DNA of 64,000 nucleotides from an uncultured Alphaproteobacteria bacterium (GTDB lineage Bacteria; Pseudomonadota; Alphaproteobacteria; RF32; CAG-239): NCBI GenBank assembly GCA_904501925.1, contig CAJGCO010000005.1, positions 16,219 to 80,218 of the forward strand, read 5' to 3'. Shown piece by piece: positions 55,354 to 64,000 of this stretch (position 1 is its first letter; each line of letters starts with the position of its first letter). The notes under the pieces were generated by a model. It saw only the letters and a program-made list of their open reading frames with translations, ran no database searches and was not told where the DNA came from. The position numbers and the translations under genes were made by a program.

Positions 55354-58300
55354 TTACTCTTTGTAGTGGCTGTTGAATGTTACCTTTTCGCCGTTTGGAG
55401 CAGTAACTGTTATTTCATAACCATTGATTACGTAAGTGTAACCGGGGATTATCAATGAATATTTATCATCAACAATGTTTTTCCAACCGATTGTTTTACA
55501 ACTTACAGCCTTATCAATAGCTGAAATTAAGCTAGAGTTGCTGTCATACCAACGAATTGCATCACTATCATCACTACCACGTGCAGGTTGCCATTTTGAA
55601 CCATTTTTGTTGTATCCTACGGAGTTGTAACCAGAGTAACTACTGATTTCATATTTGAAATCAATGTCATTTGGTAACATGGTTTCATAATCGCATACAG
55701 CATAAGTTACACCGTCTTCCCAGTTAAAACAGAAAGCGCGACGAGTTACTTTTGTTGTAGGATCGTAAGTTGCACTTACGTAGAAACTTTTAGGTTTACC
55801 CAAGTTTGGTCCGTCAGGCTTGTTGTCTTTAACTTTTAGTTTATGAGCAACACCAAGTTCTGTGGAGTATGAGCCTTCATCACCATTTACAATGGCATTT
55901 ACACCAATGTTTGCATTATATTCGTAATATCCATTGGTTAAACCAAGTTCAGTTAAAGTATATGACTTGTTTGAAAGTCTAATGCTTGGAGCATTAAAAC
56001 TAACATTGCCAAGGTCTGTGTCTTCATAGACAGCAGAGAAAGTGTTATATGTAAAAGGACTTTCTACTTTATCTGAAGCGTTTTGGTTATCAAGAGTGTG
56101 GATATAAGAGTTTGAAGAAACGCTTACCTTCCATTTGTCTTGATTTCTTGATGATGTTGAAGGGGTAGATGTTCTAGATGATGCAGTGTGAGTAACGTTT
56201 GTTACAACCTTGGTTTGAGGTGTAGCATTTTTGAAATCAAAAGCAAAACGTGAACCGTATGTGTTACTTGCAGTAATGGTTTGAGTTGTATTATCGCTCA
56301 TTTTTTTTGTGAGGACGAAATCAACGCTACCATCATTGTAGACTACAGTTTTTTTGGTGTAATCTTTCACTGTTACAGGAGTTTTAACGTATATATCAGT
56401 TTTTCCTTCTGCTGTAAAAGATTTACCATCTGTTTGAGCTGTGATTGTCAAGATGTGAGGTGTTACGGTGTAGAGACCATCAACAAAAGAGCTATTAAAC
56501 TTCTCTGCCTTGGTGATATTTAAGCTGATATCAAAGGTATGAGAAAAAGTTCCATCATTGAATGTAATTACAGCGTCATTTACCTCTTGAGGTATCTCAC
56601 GACTAACTGCTTGGTTAGATACTTTATAAGTGAATGAGCGTTTTCTAGCGTTTGTTGTCCAGAAACCATCTTCACTAGAAGTGTTAGTTGGAACAACGCT
56701 AGATGTTGTAGCAAAATTGGTGTTTTCTGCATACAACTTATCGTAGCTCAAGTTACTCATTGATACTGTAAACTCTTTAGTATAAGTTTCTACCTCGTCT
56801 TGTGTAAGACTATGAGGGGTAGTCTTTATTACTTTTAATGTTACAGTTTTACCTGACCAAGTTTTTTCAGTTTTGTAGGTTGTTTGACCGACTACATCTT
56901 TTTCGATGAGTAGTGTACCTTCTGATACAAGAGTTTGTGCGGTTGATTGATTCCAAACTGATGAAATGGTATAGTTATATGCATATGCATCGTAAGTTTT
57001 ACCGTTTTTATTTAATTCAACAGGATTGGTTGCGAGGTCTGCACCGATATCAGTTAAGTTGTATTTACGTTCGGGGAATGGTTTTTCTATACTACCATCA
57101 ATAAATTTAACGATAGGTGATGTTTCCTCAAAGGCAAAATTACCACTTTGTGTGTTGTTGGTTGCAGTTGATTGCCAAGTTGTAGTTTGATTTGTTATGA
57201 CAAACTTTGTAAGTGTGGCAAACTTCTTTTCCTCGGAGGTGTTTTTTGTATCAACCTTTTGGAGAGGATTGGCTTTCCATTGTGTGTTTGATGTGTATAC
57301 TTCGCCGAAGTTTATTACTCTGATGTTGTGTCTTCCTGTATATGAATATTTTGATACAGAAGTTGAGCCATCATTGTAAATAATTTTCTTTTCGACGTTA
57401 TACTCATCGCCTTCACCGGTTAGCGTGTAGACAGAATCCACTTTTACAACATCAGGAGTTTTGGGACGCTCTAATGTTAAGCTAACCTCTTCATCAAGCA
57501 CGTCTAACTCACAAGTTCCAAGAATTGCTTGTACGCTATTGGTTGAATTATACGAAATATTTGTTTCGGTTTTCTTATTTGTTGTAATACTAAAACCTAA
57601 CTCCTCAAACTTTAAGGTGAGGGGAGAAATGTTGTGTTTTCCGTACTGAGTTTCAAGCATTGTGGGGAACTGATAGTTAAAGTTTACAGTACTTTGAATA
57701 ACTGTATTCTTTTCTTTACCAGTATTGCTTGAGGTGTAGGTTCCTGTCATTGTGCGAATGGTGAACCCATCTGCATTTTTGGCCTCAGAAAACTTTCTTT
57801 CCTCAAGTTTTCCGGTTGAAAACTCATTAAATAGCGAATCAAGAGTTGGTTGCTCTTTCTTTTGGGGAGCATTGAACTCGGATGTTAAATCAACTCTATA
57901 AACAGTGCTCGTTACACCTTTATTTGTGGTTACAATTTCTGTTACCTCATAGGCCTGAATAGGACAACCTACATATTTTCCATCGTAGTATTCCACTTTT
58001 TCTACAATTAATGGGTCGGTGGTTATAACTTTGTAGTACCACGGTTTAGCCATTATTGTATAATTTCCATCGGTGTAAGTTGTTCCAACATGGGAATAAT
58101 TTACCTCGAATGTAAGTGTTGCTCGATAGGTATCGGTTGTATCTGTTTTTATGCCAAGACTATCTAATTGGATAGAATGGAAACGGATGCTGTCAATTAC
58201 AACATGGGGTGAAGCACTATCTTCATCGCCGGTGTTATAATATTCAAAGTTGTAACCATAGGATAGGGTGGCTGTTTGACCATCGCTAAATTCAAGTTCT

Positions 58301-58704
58301 TCTACTACATCTTCTCCTGAGCGGCTGTTTTGTTCAAATGGAGTTTGAGAAATAACCTTTGAATTAACAACAATAGCGCTTAAATCTTCACCTTCTTTTA
58401 TAGAAATTTGAGGTTTAGATAAAGTGATATTGCAGTAGCAGAATGGAGATAAACTTAAATCAATGTCGAGTGTTGAATTCGTCATTGTTGCAGCTTGGTC
58501 AAAAGTAACATAACTCTTGGTTAAAGAGTCTGTTGGGTACGCTGAGACTGTTAGTGTTTTTTCAAACGCGCCTGTGTGATTGATGATACTTTCCTCTTTT
58601 GCACAGCTACTGAAAGCAATTACTACTACCATCAGTAAAACATTAAATAACTGCGAGAATGTACTACCTTTTAGTACTTTTCTCAAAAAGCTTCGTTTGT
58701 TCAT
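55354..58704 (-). CDS. Very large surface lipoprotein (1116 aa), Thr/Ser/Asn/Tyr-rich and probably beta-rich (adhesin-like)
   Basis: Lipobox IAFSSC followed by an acidic AKEES. No catalytic motifs were found, and an internally repetitive ~beta-sandwich composition is likely. Its N-terminal region is homologous to the 50508-51764 product. Confidence 0.6.
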   Translation of the reverse strand: MNKRSFLRKVLKGSTFSQLFNVLLMVVVIAFSSCAKEESIINHTGAFEKTLTVSAYPTDSLTKSYVTFDQAATMTNSTLDIDLSLSPFCYCNITLSKPQISIKEGEDLSAIVVNSKVISQTPFEQNSRSGEDVVEELEFSDGQTATLSYGYNFEYYNTGDEDSASPHVVIDSIRFHSIQLDSLGIKTDTTDTYRATLTFEVNYSHVGTTYTDGNYTIMAKPWYYKVITTDPLIVEKVEYYDGKYVGCPIQAYEVTEIVTTNKGVTSTVYRVDLTSEFNAPQKKEQPTLDSLFNEFSTGKLEERKFSEAKNADGFTIRTMTGTYTSSNTGKEKNTVIQSTVNFNYQFPTMLETQYGKHNISPLTLKFEELGFSITTNKKTETNISYNSTNSVQAILGTCELDVLDEEVSLTLERPKTPDVVKVDSVYTLTGEGDEYNVEKKIIYNDGSTSVSKYSYTGRHNIRVINFGEVYTSNTQWKANPLQKVDTKNTSEEKKFATLTKFVITNQTTTWQSTATNNTQSGNFAFEETSPIVKFIDGSIEKPFPERKYNLTDIGADLATNPVELNKNGKTYDAYAYNYTISSVWNQSTAQTLVSEGTLLIEKDVVGQTTYKTEKTWSGKTVTLKVIKTTPHSLTQDEVETYTKEFTVSMSNLSYDKLYAENTNFATTSSVVPTNTSSEDGFWTTNARKRSFTYKVSNQAVSREIPQEVNDAVITFNDGTFSHTFDISLNITKAEKFNSSFVDGLYTVTPHILTITAQTDGKSFTAEGKTDIYVKTPVTVKDYTKKTVVYNDGSVDFVLTKKMSDNTTQTITASNTYGSRFAFDFKNATPQTKVVTNVTHTASSRTSTPSTSSRNQDKWKVSVSSNSYIHTLDNQNASDKVESPFTYNTFSAVYEDTDLGNVSFNAPSIRLSNKSYTLTELGLTNGYYEYNANIGVNAIVNGDEGSYSTELGVAHKLKVKDNKPDGPNLGKPKSFYVSATYDPTTKVTRRAFCFNWEDGVTYAVCDYETMLPNDIDFKYEISSYSGYNSVGYNKNGSKWQPARGSDDSDAIRWYDSNSSLISAIDKAVSCKTIGWKNIVDDKYSLIIPGYTYVINGYEITVTAPNGEKVTFNSHYKE

Positions 58705-58902
58705 TTTTACATTATTTTAAAAATTATACTTTTATTTGTTATATATAAAATTCTGACATATGTGTTGCAGAATAGAGAAACTGGTTTTGAGAATGTACCC
58801 TTTAGATGATAATAAACATATATATTTGGGCACAATAATATTTTTTCAGCGGGAATATTATCATGCTTTTTGTACAAAATCAAGCCTTTTTTTGTATAAA
58901 AT

Positions 58903-59454
58903 TTAAATTAATTTATGTTTTTTTAGGGTAATGAAAATAAATTTAGCAATAGAGTAGATTCTAGTATCTATAATTTGGTAATTATCGCTTAGTTCAATGT
59001 CTTCATTTTTATGGGTTTCGGCAATTATTAGGGTGTTTGAATTGCAGTAGCCGTTAATAAGCAAATTATTGAGAGTTGGAGTGGTTAGATTTTTATTATA
59101 TGGAGCATCTAAAAAAATGATATCATAAGTTTTAGGTGATTTTGGTAAAAAACGAGCATCTTTGTTTATGTATGATACATTAGTAAAGCCACATAAAGTT
59201 ACATTTTTTTTGGTTAATGTTAGGTCTTTATCTACAAAGGTTGTAGATTTGGCTCCACGAGATAGGGCTTCTAAACCAAAAGCTCCAGTTCCTGAGAAAA
59301 TATCTAAAAAGGTATATTCACAAAGAGGTTTATCTAATTTTGAGTATAATATATTATAGATAGATTCTCGTGCTCTATCTGCGGTTGGGCGAATAGTATT
59401 TGTTGTTGGGGTGAATAGTTTTTTTCCTTTTTTGGAGCCTGATATTATTCGCAT
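58903..59454 (-). CDS. rsmD: 16S rRNA (guanine966-N2)-methyltransferase
   Basis: LDIFSGTGAFGLEALSRGA SAM motif and a DAPY motif. Confidence 0.8.
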   Translation of the reverse strand: MRIISGSKKGKKLFTPTTNTIRPTADRARESIYNILYSKLDKPLCEYTFLDIFSGTGAFGLEALSRGAKSTTFVDKDLTLTKKNVTLCGFTNVSYINKDARFLPKSPKTYDIIFLDAPYNKNLTTPTLNNLLINGYCNSNTLIIAETHKNEDIELSDNYQIIDTRIYSIAKFIFITLKKHKLI

Positions 59455-60173
59455 ATATTATAAATCTTTCCTAATTGTTCTTTTAATACTTTTTGAGGAA
59501 CTTCTTTTACTTCACCTGCTTTTAGTGAACCTAATTGAAAAGGTCCATATGAAACACGAATTAATCTGGCAACATTTAGGTCGATAGACGCCATAAGTTT
59601 ACGTATTTCACGATTTTTACCTTCGTTGAGGGAGATTGTAAGCCATGCATTTGTTCCTAATTTTTTATCAATGGTTATTTTGCATGGGGCATATTCAACA
59701 CCATCAATAGTTGTTCCTTTGGTTAGTTCTTGAAGTTTTTTTTCATTCAAAAAGCCATGTACTTTAACCTTGTATCTGCGAGACCACCCATTTTCAGGTA
59801 ATTCTAATGCTCTTGATAGAGCACCATCGTTTGTAAGGAGTAAAATACCTTCTGAGTTTAAGTCTAATCTACCGACACTTATTACTCTAGGTAGACCTGC
59901 TGGTAAATGATTAAAAACTGTGTCTCTATCTTTTTCATCTTTATGTGTGGTTATTAATCCAGTTGGTTTATGATAAATCCAAAGTCTTGTTTTGTCTTTT
60001 TTTTGAATTTTTTCGCCATCAAATAATATTGTTTCGTCTCCATTTACACAAAATGCTGGAGATGTGATTGTTTCACCATTAACAGTTATTCGTTGTTGTG
60101 TTATTAGTTCTTCGGCTTTGCGTCTTGAGCATACTCCACTGCGGGCTAAAAATTTTGCTATTCTTTCTGACAT
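59445..60173 (-). CDS. rluB: 23S rRNA pseudouridine synthase (RsuA/RluB family, S4 + PseudoU_synth_2)
   Basis: S4 N-domain (RIAKFLARSGVCSRRKAEELI) and the catalytic GRLDLNSEGILLLTNDG motif. Confidence 0.8.
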   Translation of the reverse strand: MSERIAKFLARSGVCSRRKAEELITQQRITVNGETITSPAFCVNGDETILFDGEKIQKKDKTRLWIYHKPTGLITTHKDEKDRDTVFNHLPAGLPRVISVGRLDLNSEGILLLTNDGALSRALELPENGWSRRYKVKVHGFLNEKKLQELTKGTTIDGVEYAPCKITIDKKLGTNAWLTISLNEGKNREIRKLMASIDLNVARLIRVSYGPFQLGSLKAGEVKEVPQKVLKEQLGKIYNICE

Positions 60174-60187
60174 TTTTTCTCTCTTGT

Positions 60188-60625
60188 TTATGATTGTTGT
60201 TCTAAGATGATGCTTGCTTTTTTAGCAACAAATAAATATTCGTTTACAATGTCGTTTATTTCACGAACTTTCATTGGTTCTATTTGCATTGCTTCTGCAA
60301 CATCAAGAATATATTCTATTTCGTGATCTTCTAGTTCTGTATCTTTACTTGCCACCATGCATAAATCTTTTATTAGAACAAGTGCATTTGTGCGATTGGT
60401 TATTTTTCTTGCAAGAATGACAGATGATTTTCGGCTAGATGTTTTTATCATATCAACAAGTGTATCGCTAGTTGTTTGGTATTTTAGAGCAACTTCTTTT
60501 AAATATAAAAGTTCTCCTTTTGTTACTTGACGATCAGATGCTACTAGTCCACATATTATTTTTAAGAAAATAAAACGCTCTGCTGAACTTAAAGTATTGA
60601 TAAAAGCTTGATCAGGATAAAACAT
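60188..60625 (-). CDS. TerB-like domain protein (145 aa)
   Basis: Helical sequence with features resembling the TerB/DjlA N-domain family. The assignment is tentative. Confidence 0.35.
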   Translation of the reverse strand: MFYPDQAFINTLSSAERFIFLKIICGLVASDRQVTKGELLYLKEVALKYQTTSDTLVDMIKTSSRKSSVILARKITNRTNALVLIKDLCMVASKDTELEDHEIEYILDVAEAMQIEPMKVREINDIVNEYLFVAKKASIILEQQS

Positions 60626-60702
60626 TATAAAACTCCTTAAATTTTTAAGGAGTTTACTTGAAAATTTGAAATATGTAAAGAGTTTTATTAAAAAAACTTT
60701 AG

Positions 60703-61491
60703 TTATTGTTTTTGCATATTAAGTTTTATGTTTCCCCATCCTTTTTTGGGTGTTGAGTCTTTTTTAGAAGCAGTATCTTCTTGTATTGATTTTTTAGAAG
60801 ATATAAAATCTTTTTGTTTTTTTTCTAATTCATGCTCTTCTTGAACAGTGGTTGCTTTACCATTTGCTACTAATTGTTTTAGGAAAGATGGTGAATTAAA
60901 TTGTTCTTTCTTATCGGTAAATTGTTGTATTATATCATCGATAATTGCTTGTTGGATGTTAAATGCTTTATATCTTCCGGCATAAAATATTGTAAAAGAT
61001 GGGCATGGTGATGATAATAATACATCAGTATAGTCAACACCTCTTACGAATCTAAGCATTACTTTGGGTTCTATACGGCAATTTGCTTGAGATATAATAA
61101 TGTTTGGGCTTCTTGTGAAAAGAGCTTCGTAAGTTGTTGCTATTTCATCAATATTAAGCTGTCCACAGAAGTCATTTATAGCATAATTGTTTAATGTGTA
61201 TCCTTTATATCCTTTTGGGCGTTTAGATATATGATAGCAAAATACTTGTTCTGGATTGCTAATATTGTATGAAGCTTGTTCTAAAATATTTTCTTTAATA
61301 TATGGAATTATTTCTTGTTTAAATGACTGTGGTGTCTCGCTTTTTTTATGAGTTGCATAATAATCGTCATTAATTGGAACCATGCTACTTAAATCGCCAA
61401 AATCTATAAGTTCTGGAGGTAATTCATCAGCATTAATTGGTTTAGAACTTATGCATAAAGATAATAAAGCTATAATTAAATATTTTATCAT
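60703..61491 (-). CDS. Hypothetical secreted protein (262 aa)
   Basis: N-terminal signal peptide MIKYLIIALLSLCISSKPINA. Confidence 0.45.
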   Translation of the reverse strand: MIKYLIIALLSLCISSKPINADELPPELIDFGDLSSMVPINDDYYATHKKSETPQSFKQEIIPYIKENILEQASYNISNPEQVFCYHISKRPKGYKGYTLNNYAINDFCGQLNIDEIATTYEALFTRSPNIIISQANCRIEPKVMLRFVRGVDYTDVLLSSPCPSFTIFYAGRYKAFNIQQAIIDDIIQQFTDKKEQFNSPSFLKQLVANGKATTVQEEHELEKKQKDFISSKKSIQEDTASKKDSTPKKGWGNIKLNMQKQ

Positions 61492-61661
61492 TTCAAACTC
61501 CTTGTTATTTTATAGTGTAATATATTTTGTATTAAAAATAAATAAAAATAAAAAAATATGCGCAATATTGTTTTTTTTAAGACTTCATTTAGATATTGAC
61601 TGTTAAAGTAAAATAAATATATTTTGTGACTTAATTTAATTTTATTTATAGGATTTATTTT

Positions 61662-62708
61662 ATGTGGTCTTTCTTATCATATGCACCTGATACTGTTGTT
61701 TGTAGATCTGTTATGGCTTTTTTGTTTGCATTTATTGTGTCTGTTTTAACAGGAGGCCGTTTGATTGATTTTTTGAAAAAAATTAGTAAAAGTGGACAGC
61801 CAATTAGAGAAGATGGGCCTCAAAGCCATATAGTTGAGAAGAAAGGTACTCCAACTATGGGGGGAATCTTAATTTTGGGTAGTAGTTTGTTGGCAATGTT
61901 GTTGTTTGCGAATGTTAAATTGCACTTTGTTTGGATTTCTATGTTGGTTTTATTGGTGTATGGTATAACAGGTTTTGCTGATGATATTGTTAAAGTTTTA
62001 AAACAAACACCAAATGCAATGACAGCAAAAGTGAAGCTTTTTATACAATTTATGGCAGCAGTGCTTGCTGTTAATGTGATTGGGGCTGCTACTCCTAATA
62101 TGATTGAAAGTAGATTGTATTTTCCTTATACAGATTTTTCTATTCAACTTTCATGGGTGTATGTTCCTTTCGCAGTTGTGGTTATTTCTGGTGCGTCTAA
62201 TGCTGTTAATCTTAGTGATGGTTTAGATGGGCTTGCAGGGGGAATGCTTGCTATTGTATTTATGGCATTTATGATTGTTGCTTTTGCTACTGGAAATCCA
62301 ATATTTAATGAGAGTGTTGTTCCTTATGTTCCTAAGAGTATAGAAATGGCAGTGGTTTGTGCTGCTTTGACGGGGGGATGTATTGGTTTTTTATGGTTTA
62401 ATATTAAAAAGGCTCGTATATTTATGGGAGATACTGGTTCGTTATCTTTAGGGGCTGTTTTAGGTGTGATTGCTGTAATTTTGAAACATGAAATTTTGCT
62501 TGCAATTATGGGAATTGTTTTTGTAGTTGAGACAGTATCTGTTATGATTCAGGTTGTTTATTTTAAGAAAACAGGAAAAAGATTTTTTAGAATGGCGCCA
62601 ATTCATCATCATTTTGAACAGTTGGGTTGGAGTGAAAATAAGGTTGTGTATACTTTTTGGATGGTTACATTGTTGGCTTCTTTGATTGGTTTGTTGTCAG
62701 TTATTTAG
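61662..62708 (+). CDS. mraY: Phospho-N-acetylmuramoyl-pentapeptide transferase
   Basis: MraY motifs (TPTMGG, NAVNLSDGLDGLA, MGDTGSL). Confidence 0.93.
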   Translation: MWSFLSYAPDTVVCRSVMAFLFAFIVSVLTGGRLIDFLKKISKSGQPIREDGPQSHIVEKKGTPTMGGILILGSSLLAMLLFANVKLHFVWISMLVLLVYGITGFADDIVKVLKQTPNAMTAKVKLFIQFMAAVLAVNVIGAATPNMIESRLYFPYTDFSIQLSWVYVPFAVVVISGASNAVNLSDGLDGLAGGMLAIVFMAFMIVAFATGNPIFNESVVPYVPKSIEMAVVCAALTGGCIGFLWFNIKKARIFMGDTGSLSLGAVLGVIAVILKHEILLAIMGIVFVVETVSVMIQVVYFKKTGKRFFRMAPIHHHFEQLGWSENKVVYTFWMVTLLASLIGLLSVI

Positions 62709-63855
62709 AAAGGTTATAATAGAAATGTTTTCATTAACTAGACATAGTAAGAGTAAGATTTCAAATTGGTGGTGGACAGTTGATAAGGTTAATTTTTCAA
62801 TAACTGTGTTTTTGATTTTTATTGGGGTTATGTTGGTTTTGTCTGCTAGTCCATCTGCAGCTCATAGAGATAGATTAGTTGATGATTTTGCTTTTGTAAA
62901 AAAACAAGCCGTGTTTATTTGTGCTGGTGTGCTTTTGATGCTTGGAACTTCAATGCAAAGTATGCGTACAATTAGACGTTTGGCTGTGTTTGGTTTTTTA
63001 TGTGCATTTATTGGTGTTATTATGACATATTTTGTTGGAGATTCAGCTAAAGGTGCACAAAGGTGGATTAAGTTTGCTGGTTTTTCATTGCAACCTTCGG
63101 AATTTATTAAGCCTGTATTTATTGTGGTGACAGCTTGGCTTTTAGATGCAAATAAGCGTATTGAAGATTTTCCTGGTATGGCTATATCTCTTGTGTTATT
63201 TGTTTTTACAGCTGTTAGTGTATTTGGACAACCAGACCTTGGTATGACGGTTTTGATTACAGGTGTTTGGGCTTTGCAGATGATTTGGGCTGGTATTTCT
63301 GGTTGGATTATAAGTGTATTGTTTTTTTTGGGTATATTTTTGGTTATTGGCTCATATTTCTTTTTAGCTCATGTTAGAGATAGAATTGATAGGTTTTTGG
63401 CTACAGAAAATGAAATTGGTTCTCAAATACAAAAATCTATGGATGCGTTTGCAAATGGTAATTTGTTGGGAACAGGTCCTGGTGAAGGTATGGTTAAGAT
63501 GAGTTTACCTGATGTTCATACGGATTTTATTTTTGCATTGGCTGGAGAAGAGTGTGGAGTTTGGTTGACATCTATTATTGTTATTTGTTTTGGTGTTATT
63601 GTTATTAGGGCGATGATGTTGTCAATGAAAGATAATAATTTATTTCAGATGTATGCTGCATCTGGTTTGGCTGCGTCTTTAGGTGGTCAGGCTATTGTTA
63701 ATATGTTTTCAGCATTAAAGTTAATGCCAGCTAAAGGTATGACTTTGCCATTTATTTCTTATGGTGGTTCATCAATGCTTGCTAGCTGTTTAGCTATGGG
63801 AATGTTGTTGGCGTTGACAAGAAAAAATGCATCGGCAGAAGATAAAGATAATTAA
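62686..63855 (+). CDS. ftsW: Peptidoglycan glycosyltransferase FtsW (SEDS family)
   Basis: About 10 TM helices and SEDS motifs (QPSEFIKP, PDVHTDFIF). The start may be at the internal Met at 62725. Confidence 0.85.
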   Translation: MVCCQLFRKVIIEMFSLTRHSKSKISNWWWTVDKVNFSITVFLIFIGVMLVLSASPSAAHRDRLVDDFAFVKKQAVFICAGVLLMLGTSMQSMRTIRRLAVFGFLCAFIGVIMTYFVGDSAKGAQRWIKFAGFSLQPSEFIKPVFIVVTAWLLDANKRIEDFPGMAISLVLFVFTAVSVFGQPDLGMTVLITGVWALQMIWAGISGWIISVLFFLGIFLVIGSYFFLAHVRDRIDRFLATENEIGSQIQKSMDAFANGNLLGTGPGEGMVKMSLPDVHTDFIFALAGEECGVWLTSIIVICFGVIVIRAMMLSMKDNNLFQMYAASGLAASLGGQAIVNMFSALKLMPAKGMTLPFISYGGSSMLASCLAMGMLLALTRKNASAEDKDN

Positions 63856-63876
63856 TAAATAAAAAGGAATGTAAAA

Positions 63877-64000
63877 TGTTTGAAAGTTTTTTTAAAAAAG
63901 AAGAAGGATTAATTGATAGTTTACCTGATGTAAGGGGAAAGTATATTGAAAATGTGAAGCTTTCAAAACATACTTGGTTTGGTGTTGGCGGCCCTGCTGA
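63877..64000 (+). CDS. murB: UDP-N-acetylenolpyruvoylglucosamine reductase, N-terminal fragment (truncated by the window edge)
   Basis: LSKHTWFGVGGPA matches the MurB N-terminal FAD-binding motif (TtfriGGpA). Confidence 0.6.

Noticed and set aside
56281-57649. Several 60-80-aa plus-strand ORFs inside the 1116-aa lipoprotein gene
   Set aside because: They are antisense to a long continuous ORF with lipoprotein signal peptide. They are Cys/Phe-rich and carry no start-site signals.

Overview
This 64-kb window is AT-rich chromosomal DNA (about 30% GC by eye). The gene content and the L7/L12 sequence ([16 protein letters not shown]...EEKWGVSAA...) indicate an alphaproteobacterium, possibly a host-associated lineage; I cannot place it more precisely. 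Most of the window is core housekeeping. It includes single-chain pyruvate:ferredoxin oxidoreductase, a dTDP-rhamnose operon (rfbACDB) with a GT-C membrane glycosyltransferase and a large DUF2207-like membrane protein, and an N-domain-only GlmU-like nucleotidyltransferase. It also carries pepF, kdsA, alr, two TatD paralogs, tcdA, tmk, a PBP5-type DD-carboxypeptidase, rlpA(SPOR), holB, rplJ-rplL, a DUF374 gene with waaA and lpxK, a PHP phosphoesterase and a Pif1/RecD-like helicase. The remaining core genes are murF, nrdR, nusB, def, an MBL hydrolase, an orphan PhoR-like histidine kinase, mutS, an aldo/keto reductase, lepB, uvrB, rsmD, rluB, mraY, ftsW and the start of murB. Many genes end in clear hairpin plus T-run terminators. 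The most unusual part is an accessory island at about 22.4-30.55 kb beside tRNA-Gly(CCC). It is bounded and subdivided by direct repeats of the tRNA 3' end and by mosaic repeats. It carries two unrelated candidate peptidoglycan-targeting toxin genes, each followed by a small multi-TM (immunity-like) gene. Each is preceded by the same roughly 205-bp leader containing a sigma70-like promoter and two tandem intrinsic terminators with compensatory stem changes. The island also holds an inverted, frameshifted orphan copy of one toxin-tail/immunity pair, a C26/GATase1-like peptidase, a 23-bp perfect inverted repeat and no integrase. Other notable items are a tandem 124-bp intergenic module with a conserved 17-codon micro-ORF after the PFOR gene, a roughly 46% GC helical-repeat protein next to an ankyrin-repeat protein, and a paralogous pair of large surface lipoproteins.
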